In this document: positions 51,933 to 61,332 of the stretch, one piece after another | How positions within the stretch are numbered: the first letter of the stretch is position 1 | Layout: every line of letters begins with the position of its first letter | Source of the DNA: Chiloscyllium plagiosum | Lineage: Eukaryota | Assembly: GCF_004010195.1 (NCBI RefSeq) | Contig: NC_057719.1 | Span: 12,563,969 to 12,627,968, forward strand | DNA: 64,000 nucleotides | Direction of reading: 5' to 3' | Position numbers and translations under genes: made by a program | The notes under the pieces: generated by a model | Told to the model about the DNA's origin: nothing | Databases searched by the model: none | What the model saw: the letters and a program-made list of their open reading frames with translations, nothing else

Positions 51933-53169
51933 CAGACATTACTTCTCGCTAACATCTTCGTTTTGAAAATCCCTGGATAACCCTGGTGGAGTTCAAACAG
52001 TGTCAGACAGCAACATTTAATCAGGACAATCACTCTTGTTCCCACTAATAATATGCCCTCTCCTCCTGAGATCGGATCTCTCCAGGTCCAAAAAGGTTTA
52101 GTTCTGGTTGTGATGGCCTTTTGACTGCCCCCATCACCTCCATCTGTTTGTTTTGCAAGGACTGGATCTTACTGAGTCCAAAGTCTGATGTCAGCTGTGA
52201 CTGGAAGTGTGTCCAGAAAATTTAAAACCATTAGACTCTTCCAGTGGCAGTACCAGTGTGGTGTAGCTGCCAGTGGGAAGTGGCTCAATGCATCCGCATT
52301 TGCTATTTGGCCTCCTGGACAACTTGTAATTATACGTACTTAGTTCTGGAGGCCACCACTGAATTCTGCCAGAAACTATGGACACCATTGCCTTGTCCTT
52401 TAAGTAGACCAAACAGAGGTTTGTGGTCTGTTATTATTACAAATTTATGTCAGTAAAGTATTGATGGAATTTCCTCCAAGTCTGACCACCAAACCTTCCT
52501 TCTCTATCTGGGCGTTTTTATGCTTTGCATTATCCAAACTCCTGGATGTGTTTGCAATTGAGTGTTCCTCTCCATTGGGCCGCTGATGAGCTAATACTAC
52601 CCAAAAGCCATACAGGCAGGCATTGCGTGTCATTACCAGATTTTGCTTGTGATCATAGAGGATGATAGCTGTCTTTTAATTTCCTTAAAAGCTCTGGCTT
52701 GGCTATGCAACTATTTCTGAGGCTGACCTTTGTTTTTAGGATTAATGCAAACCTGCCAGGATGGAGGCCAGGTAATGTATGAACTTTCCATAATAGTTCA
52801 CCAGTCCAAGGAAAGACCTTAGCTCCAATACAGATGTGGGAGACCAGGCACCTGTGATTGCCCTCACTACCTTCCAATGGGTATAACGTGGTCTTTTCAA
52901 CTGTGTAGCCCACGTAGCTCACTTGGGGTGCCTGGAACAGACGTTTTATCCTTCTAAAGCATACACCCATCAGGGACAAACATTGAAGGTCTATGTTCAA
53001 ATTCTAAATGCTCCTTATGGATCTTCCCTGTTATTTTTGCTTGATTAGATCAATGGTGACTTGGAGTAGGTCTTGTAAAACGTTCTCTATTTTCTGCTGA
53101 AAAATTAGACAGGCTGACGATACCCCAAATGGCAGTCTTTTATGTTAGTACAAATCTTTTATGGTTATT

Positions 53170-56100
53170 CAAAGTTTGTGAGAAGATTTGTAGCTCGGGT
53201 GCTTGTTGTTGTGGTTCTGTTCGCCGAGCTGGGAATTTGTGTTGTAGACGTTTCGTCCCCTGTCTAGGTGACATCCTCAGTGCTTGGGAGCCTCCTTGAA
53301 GCGCTTCTGTGATGTTTCCTCCGGCATTTATAGTGATTTATAGTGACAACCTGCCGCTTCCGGTTGTCAGTTCCAGCTGTCCGCTGCAGTGGCCGGTATA
53401 TTGGGGGTCCAGGTCGATGTGCTTATTGATTGAATCTGTGGATGAGTGCCATGCCTCTAGGAATTCCCTAGCTGTTCTCTGTTTGGCTTGTCCTATAATA
53501 GTAGTGTTGTCCCAGTCGAAATCATGTTGCTTGTCATCTGAGTGTGTGGCTACTAAGGATAGCTGGTCATGTCGTTTCGTGGCTAGTTGGTGTTCATGGG
53601 TGCGGACCGTTAGCTGTCTTCCTGTTTGTCCTATGTAGTGTTTTGTGCAGTCCTTGCATGGGATTTTGTACACTACATTGGTTTTGCTCATACTGGGTAT
53701 CGGGTCCTTCGTCCTGTTGAGTTGTTGTCTGAGAGTGGCTGTTGGTTTGTGTGCTGTTATGAGTCCTAGTGGTCGCAGTAGTCTGGCTGTCAGTTCAGAA
53801 ATGTTCTTGATGTATGGTAGTATGGCTAGTCCTTTGGGTTGTGGCATGTCCTCATTCCATTGTCTTTCCCTTAGGCATCTGTTGATGAAATTGCAGGGGT
53901 ATCCGTTTTTGGCGAATACAGAGGAAGGTGTTCTTCTTCCTCTTTTTGCAGTTCTGGTGTACTGCAGTGTGTTGTGGCCCTTTTGAACAGTGTCTTGATA
54001 CAACTTCTTGTGTGTGTTGGGGTGGTTGCTTTCATAGTTTAGGACTTCGTCTGTGTGTGTGGCTTTTCTGTATACCTCTGTTCGGTGTTCTCTGTACCAT
54101 NNNNNNNNNNNNNNNNNNNNNNNNNNNNNNNNNNNNNNNNNNNNNNNNNNNNNNNNNNNNNNNNNNNNNNNNNNNNNNNNNNNNNNNNNNNTTTAATGAT
54201 TACAAAGGTATCATCTACATATCTGACCCAGAGTTTGGGTTGAATTTGCGGTAAGACTGCTTGTTCTAACCTTTGGATTACCGCTTCTGCTATAAGTCCA
54301 GAGATGGGTGAGCTCATGGGTGTGCCGTTGATTTGTTCATATATTTGGTTGTTGAATGTGAAGTGTGTTGTGAGGCACAGATCCAGTAGTTTGAGTATGC
54401 AGTCTTTGTTGATAGGTTCCTCGTCTTGTTGTCTGTTCTGTATGTCCAGCAGGTTGGCTATTATTTCTCTGGCTAGGGTTTTGTTGATAGAGGTGAACAA
54501 TGCTGTTACATCGAATGAGACCATAGTTTCTTCCTTGTCTATGTGAATATTTCTGATGATGTCCAAGAATTCCTGTGTTGACTGTATAGAGTGTCTGGAT
54601 TCGCTGATCAGGTGTTTCAGTTTCTGCTGTAATTCTTTAGCCAGTTTGTGTGATGGTGTCCTGTAGGAAATGGGAATCCTGTGCCAACCGCCTAAGTGCC
54701 ACATATGAACAAGTCCTGTTCCTGCACAAATGCCGAAAGAATCGAATCCTTCCACCATGTGTCAGATACAGACCACCAGTCAACAACCCACAAGCTAGGA
54801 ACACAGCCAGACAGAACGGATTCAGGATGATCCAATTAATGATTACAGATGCATACAACAGACTACACAAATACAGACAAGAAATTGCGCGCCAAAAATC
54901 GTTAATTTCAAAAACCACCAATCAGGAATGGACCCGGACCATAGAACAGGCCATCATCATAGTACAGAACAGGACACACACCGCAAAAAAATGGCACTAA
55001 AAGAAAAAATGGCCAAACTAACACGCAACAGAGAGGACACCACAACACACTCCTGGATTAGAAACCTCTCCCGCAGACAGCTCACAGACACAGACAGAAC
55101 AATACTGGCCAAGGGACTCAACTACAACCACAGGGACGCCAAGACAGCAGACTTCCTAGCAGCACTAGAATGCACACTCGGAAACAATGGACTGACAGAA
55201 GAGACACAACAAACAGTTAGACAAAGTATCGTACCCCTGATAACAAGGAAAAGACAAACACATAACCTCAACACCAAGGAGAGGGAAGCACTAAAAAATG
55301 ATAAGAACATAATCATACTACCAGCAGACAAAGGCAGAATGACGGTCATCCTGGACAAAGCAGAATACATCCAAAAAGCACAACAACTACTTGCAGATAT
55401 CAACACCTACCAAAATAGGGAGTTTGACCCCACCCCACAGCTCACCAATAGGATAAACAACACACTGAGGAACCTACAAAAAAAAACGGACAGATAACCA
55501 GGTTTGACCTACAGAGAATGAAACCTCAAAGCAACAACACCCCCAGATTCTATGGACTACCTAAAGTGCACAAACCAAACATCCCACTCAGACCCATAGT
55601 ATCACTACCAGGGACACCATCACACAAACTGGCTAAAGAACTACAGCAGAAACTGAAACACCTGATCAGCGGACCCACACGCAGATGACAAGCAACATGA
55701 ATTTGACTGGGACAACACTACTATTATAGGACAAGCCAAACAGAGAACAGCCAGGGAATTCCTAGAGGCATGGCACTCATCCACAGATTCAATCAATAAG
55801 CACATCGACCTGGACCCAATATACCAACCACTGCAGCGGACAGCTGGAACTGACAACCGAAAGCAGCAGATTCAAACCACAACAAATGCTGGAGGAAAGA
55901 TCACAGAAGCNNNNNNNNNNNNNNNNNNNNNNNNNNNNNNNNNNNNNNNNNNNNNNNNNNNNNNNNNNNNNNNNNNNNNNNNNNNNNNNNNNNNNNNNNN
56001 NNNNNNNNNNNNNNNNNNNNNNNNNNNNNNNNNNNNNNNNNNNNNNNNNNNNNNNNNNNNNNNNNNNNNNNNNNNNNNNNNNNNNNNNNNNNNNNNNNNN

Positions 56101-56885
56101 NNNNNNNNNNNNNNNNNNNNNNNNNNNNNNNNNNNNNNNNNNNNNNNNNNNNNNNNNNNNNNNNNNNNNNNNNNNNNNNNNNNNNNNNNNNNNNNNNNNN
56201 NNNNNNNNNNNNNNNNNNNNNNNNNNNNNNNNNNNNNNNNNNNNNNNNNNNNNNNNNNNNNNNNNNNNNNNNNNNNNNNNNNNNACATCAAAAACATTTC
56301 TGAACTGACAGCCAGACTACTGCGACCACAAGGACTCATAACAGCACACAAACCAACAGCCACTCTCAGACAACAACTCACCAGGACGAAGGACCCGATA
56401 CCCAGCATGAGCAAAACCAATGTAGTGTACAAAATTCCATGCAAGGACTGCACAAAACATTACATAGGACAAACAGGAAGACAGCTAACGGTCCGCGTCC
56501 ATGAACACCCACTAGCCACAAAACGACATGACCAGCTATCCTTAGTAGCCACACACTCAGATGACAAGCAACATGAGTTCGACTGGGACAACACTACTAT
56601 TATAGGGCAAGCCAAACAGAGAACAGCCAGGGAATTCCTAGAGGCATGGCACTCATCCACAGATTCAATCAATAAGCACATCGACCTGGACCCAATATAC
56701 CGGCCACTGCAGCGGACAGCTGGAACTGACAACCGGAAACGGCAGGTACAAATCACAATAAATGCTGGAGGAAACATCACAGAAGCGCTTCACAGGAGGG
56801 TCCCAAGCACTGAGGACTTCACCTAGACAGGGGACGAAACGTCTGCAACGCAAATTCCCAGCTCGGCGAACAGAACCACAACAAC
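53170..56885. mobile_element. Poseidon/Penelope-type PLE (RT + GIY-YIG) with inverted termini and 12-bp TSD
   Basis: TSD tttatggttatt at 53158-53169 and 56886-56897. ILPADKGR, YGLPKVHK, SFDVTALFT, GTPMSSPIS, RYVDD, VVYKIPCKDCTKHYIGQTGR. Confidence 0.92.
53244..53283 (-). ncRNA. Hammerhead ribozyme motif of the Poseidon pLTR (family C); inverted partner at 56807-56846 (+)
   Basis: gca-CTGAGGA-T-GTCACCT(agac)AGGGGAC-GAAA-CG-TC. The partner has stem I gca/tgc but a mutated stem II. Confidence 0.7.
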
Positions 56886-57480
56886 TTTATGGTTATTAAT
56901 TGTGGCATACTTCTGGGAATCCCCATCTAACTGCAATTGCAAGTACACAAGGCTCATGTCCAGCGTCATGAAAGACAGCCCCCTGCCAGCTTTGTCTCTA
57001 CCTCTGTGTGAGGAATTGGGCATTTACATAGCTGCGAAAAGCAGTTTACCATTTATTTACCAAGGCAAACTGACCCTTTGTACTTCATAATCGGTACAAC
57101 GGATGCTGCCTATTCTGCAAATTGGATAAGTTTGATAATTCTTTCTTTTACCAGCCTTCTGATTTCTGACTGTACTTTTGCCTGTAAGGTAAATGGCCTC
57201 CTAAAATCATGGACTTGCTTCCTGATAAACATGCAAGTTGGCCTTGACTCCTTTGATTGTCCCTTGACCTTCCCGAAAAACTGTCGGATATTTAATTAGA
57301 AAGTCACTCAGGCTGCCATTTTCTAATCAAAAAATGTTGAGCCAATCTAGATGAATCTTTTTGATCCATTCTGCCCAAACAAGCTTGGGACCAAGCCTTT
57401 TACTACAATCAGTGATAACTGAACCAACTTGCGCCAAATTTCCCATTGATCAAGCCAGTTGTAGTGCCTGTTTGAAGTCC

Positions 57481-58475
57481 AGAGCTGAAAATGTGTTGCT
57501 GGTAAAGCACAGCAGGTCAGGCAGCATCCAAGGAACAGGAGAATCGACGTTTCGGGCATAAGCCCTTCTTCAGGAATGAGGAAAGTGTGTTCAGCAGGCT
57601 AAGATAAAAGGTAGGGAGGAGGGACTTGGGGGAGGGGCGTTGGAAATGTGATAGGTGGAAAGAGGTCAAGGTGAGGGTTTTTAGGTTAAAGTGGGGTGGG
57701 GGCGGAGAGGTCAGGAAGAAGATTGTAGGTTAGGAGGGCGGTGCTGAAATCGCGGGATTTGACTGAGACAAGGTGGGGGGAGGGGAAATGAGGAAACTGG
57801 TGAAATCTGAGTTCATCCCTTGTGGTTGGAGGGTTCCCAGGCGGAAGATGAGGCGCTCTTCCTCCAACCGTCGTGTTTTGTGGTCTGACGGTGGAGGAGT
57901 CCAAAGACCTGCATATCCTTGGTGGAGTGGAAGGAGGAGTTGAAGTGTTGAGCCACAGGGTTGTTGGGTTGGTTGGTCCGGGTGTCCCAGAGGTGTTCTC
58001 TGAAGCGCTCTGCAAATAGGCGGCCTGTCTCCCCAATATAGAGGAGGCCACATCGGGTGCAGCGGATGCAATAGATAATGTGTGTGGAGGTGCAGGTGAA
58101 TTTCTGGCGGATATGGAAGTTTCCTTTGGGGCCTTGGAGGGAAGTGAGGGGGGAGGTGTGGGCACAAGTCTTACACCTCCTGCGGTTGCAGTGGAGGTTG
58201 GGTTGGTGGGGGTGTGTGGATCTGACGAGGGAGTCACGGAGGGAATGGTCTTTACAGAACGCTGATAGGGGAGGGGAGGGAAATATATCCCTGGTGGTGG
58301 GGTCCGTTTGGAGGTGGCGGAAATGATTGCGGTCCTTGAAGAAGGAGGCCATCTGGGTTGTACGTTTTTGGAACTGGTCCTCCTGGGAGCAGATGCGGCG
58401 GAGACGAAGGAATTGGGAGAATGGGATGGCGTTTTTACAGGGGGCAGCGTGGGAGGAGGTGTAGTCAAGGTAGCT
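57481..58475 (-). mobile_element. Neptune-type PLE 3' part (RT thumb, Cys linker, GIY-YIG, pLTR with hammerhead at 57544-57575)
   Basis: AIPFSQFLRLRRICSQED, CNRRRCKTC, IIYCIRCTRCGLLYIGETGR..ERFREH, EERLIFRLGTLQPQGMN. Confidence 0.9.
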
Positions 58476-58479
58476 CTGG

Positions 58480-59644
58480 GAGTCGGTCGGGGGAGATCGT
58501 GCCTTACCAACTTAAGAGAGTTCTTTGAGAAAGTGACCAAGTTGATAGATGAAGAAAGGGCTGTAGATGTCTCATACATTGACGTTAGTAAGCTGTTTGA
58601 TCAGGTTCCCCATGGTAAACTAATGGAGAAAGTGAAGTCACATGGTGTGCAGGGTGTTCTTGCTCAGTGGATAGAGAACTGGTTGAACAACATGAGACAG
58701 AGCGTAGTAGTTGAAGGGAGTTTCTTGAAATGGAGAAACGTGACCAGTAGTGTTCCACAGGGGACTGTCAGAGAATACAGATAGACTGGAGAGTTGGGCG
58801 GAGAAGTGGCAGATGGAGTTCAATCCGGGCAAATGTGAGGTGCTGCATTTTGGAAAGTCTAATTCTAGAGCGAGCTATAATGTAAAAGGAAGAGACTTGG
58901 GAAAAGTTGATGAGCAGAGAGATCTGGGAGTTCAGGTCCATTGTACCCTGAAGGTGCTGCACAGGTGGATAGAGTGGTCAAGAAGGCATATGGTATGCTT
59001 GCCTTCATTGGACAGGGTATTGAGAATAAGAGCTGGCAGATAATGTTAGAGTTGTATGAGACCTTTGGTTCGGCCGTATTTAGAATACTGTGTACAGTTC
59101 TGATCACCACATTACCAAAAGGATGTGTGGACGCTTTGGAGAGGGTGCAGAGGAGGTTTACGAGGATGTTGCCGGGGATGGAAGGTGCTAGTTATGAAGA
59201 GAGGTAAAGTAGGTTAGGATTGTTTTAATTAGAAAAAATAAAGAGATTGAGGGGGGAACCTGATTAATGTCGACAAAATCATGAAGGGTATAAACAGGGT
59301 GGATAGAGATAAGCTTTTTCCCAGGGTGAGGGATTCAATAAAGAGAGGTTATGCATCCAAGGTGAGAGGAGAAAAACTTAAGGGGATACACGCAGAAAGT
59401 TCTTTACACAGAGGGTGGTAGATGCCTCTGTGTAAAGGCACGTTGTCAACAGAGGTAGTAGAGGCAGGCACATTAGATTCATTTAAAGGTGCCTTTGGAC
59501 AGATGTATGAGTAGTTGGGGAGCAGAGGGATACAGATCCTTAGGAATTGGGCGATAGGTTTAGACAGTGGATTTGGATCGGCACAGGCTTGGAGGGCTGA
59601 AGGGCCTATTCCTGGGCTGTAAATTTTCTTTCTTTTCTTTCTTT
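58480..59644 (+). mobile_element. CR1 RT to 3' end with (TTTC)n tail
   Basis: GRSCLTNLREFFEKVT, WAEKWQMEFNPGKCEVLHFG. Internal deletion near 58762. Confidence 0.88.
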
Positions 59645-60317
59645 GATTTCCCCTGGACCTCGAATTGCTGATAGCGTCTCAGAATTAGAGGAGCCAAAGG
59701 TTATAGTATCTAATGCTTCAGGGACAGTTAAGCACTCAATAACCAAAAAACCTACCGCTCCACAAGCTGTCAGGAGAAGTATACGTTGCTATTCATCTAC
59801 CCCTTATGGGGAGGTAATGCCAAATGGTATTGTCACTGGACTGTTAATCCAGAGACCAGATAATGTTCTGGGGACCCAGGTTCAAAACCCACCACAGTAG
59901 ATGGTGGAAACCTATCTAAAAAGTATGGCTGTCAGACTAGGCATAATAGAATGTTTCCAACTGAGGTCTTACAAACGATTATATAGATTTATTAAGATTT
60001 CTTTGCTTTTGTATTTTAAACATCTACCCGAGGCCTGTTTGACAATCCTATTTTAATAAAAAAGCAGTCTTCAAGGATTTGTGTATGTGAGGTGCAGGTC
60101 ACCCAATTCTGAAAAATAGTTTGGACTCAATGTTTAACATTCTTTCTCTCTTTGCAGATGCTGCCAGACCTGCTGAGTTTCTCCAATGTTTTCTGTTTCA
60201 GGTCACTCTGTATCTGCATTCCTTAAAAATTACACCATTGAATTTATACTGCATCTTAATGTTTCGAAATGACCAGTTTGATTCAGTTACATAATAACTC
60301 AATATTTCTTTTTCAAG

Positions 60318-60465
60318 ATTTGGAGATGCCAGTGTTGGACTGGGGTGTACAAAGTTAAAAATCACACAACATCAGGTTATAGTCCAACAGGTTTAATTGG
60401 AAGCACACTAGCTTTCAGAGCGTCGCTCCTTCATCAGGTGTTAGTGAAGGGCTCAATCCTAACAC

Positions 60466-60470
<5 letters not shown>
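60318..60470 (-). mobile_element. PLE-derived family B terminus with hammerhead motif at 60405-60441
   Basis: Same sequence as 31563-31786: acac-CTGATGA-A-GGAGC(gac)GCTCT-GAAA-GC-TA-gtgt. Confidence 0.75.

Positions 60471-60500
<30 letters not shown>
60471..60500. repeat. (GT)15 microsatellite
   Basis: Direct reading. Confidence 0.95.
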
Positions 60501-60502
<2 letters not shown>

Positions 60503-61332
60503 CAATGGTGGTCACCTGTAATGTGACATGAACCCAAGGTCCCGGTTGAGGCCCTCCCTATGGGTACCGAACTTAGCTATCGGCCTCTGCTCAACCACTT
60601 TTCGCTGCTGCCTGTCCCAAAGTCCACCTTGGAGGATGGTCACCCGAAGGTCCGAGGTCGAATGTCCTTTTTCAATACAGCCTTACATGCCTCCATTCAA
60701 TCAACCCTCCGATATCACCCTTCAATGCTAAAGTGTCATTTTTCTCCAATCTTCAGTCTCTTGATTTTGTAGCATAGCTTGTGATTCTTCTCTATATAGC
60801 TTCCAGGACTTGTTTCTGTCTGTCTTATTTCTTGACAATCAGAACTGAATGCAGAACTCATGGTGCAGTTTGATCAGTGCACCATAAGATTTGATAATTT
60901 AGCTCATCTGACTTGTAATCTGCTGTTTACATTATGTAATTAATTGTCTTGTTGACCTTGTTAATTACTGCTAAACAGCAAGGGTTCATTTACTTGACTC
61001 TCCTAGTCAAACAGGTGGCGTGAGAGTGACAGCTTTTGACATCAAGGCTGCATTTGACCATGTGTGGTATCAAGAAGTCCTAGCAAACTGGATTGAATGG
61101 GTATTGGGGGCAAACTCTTCAGTGGTTAAAGTTACACCTGGTACTTAGGAAGATGATTGTGGTTATTAAAGGTCAGTCACCATAGCTGTAGAACATCTCA
61201 GGAGTTCGTGAGTGTAGTGTCCCAGACTCAACCATCTTCAGCTGCTTCATCAATGACCTTCCCTTCATCATAAGGTAAGAAGTGGTGGGGGTGTTTCCTG
61301 ATGATTCAATTATGTTCAGCACTATTCACAAC

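Larger units (their letters stand above)
50367..59800 (-). mobile_element. Decayed Gypsy/Ty3 LTR retrotransposon in LIN52 intron 1 (3' LTR ~50367-50626, PPT, INT, RH, RT, PR, gag), split by later insertions
   Basis: Minus strand: PPT agaaggggaggaa then TGTAGT...CCAACA LTR with AATAAA; KHVDHMK; LHQGYPG..LARS..WPGMDADI..QCPEC; TDHKPL; AQIEKEGL; RLPFGVSSA; LDGDSQKYATIN; VVKGLVPSLFG; gag-like LLLTACG..PLILRRY. No 5' LTR found. Confidence 0.85.

Noticed and set aside
7782..57480. PLE target preference for CR1 or other TEs
   Set aside because: Most non-exonic DNA here is TE-derived and TSDs are easiest to see inside known hosts. The TSD sequences share no clear consensus.
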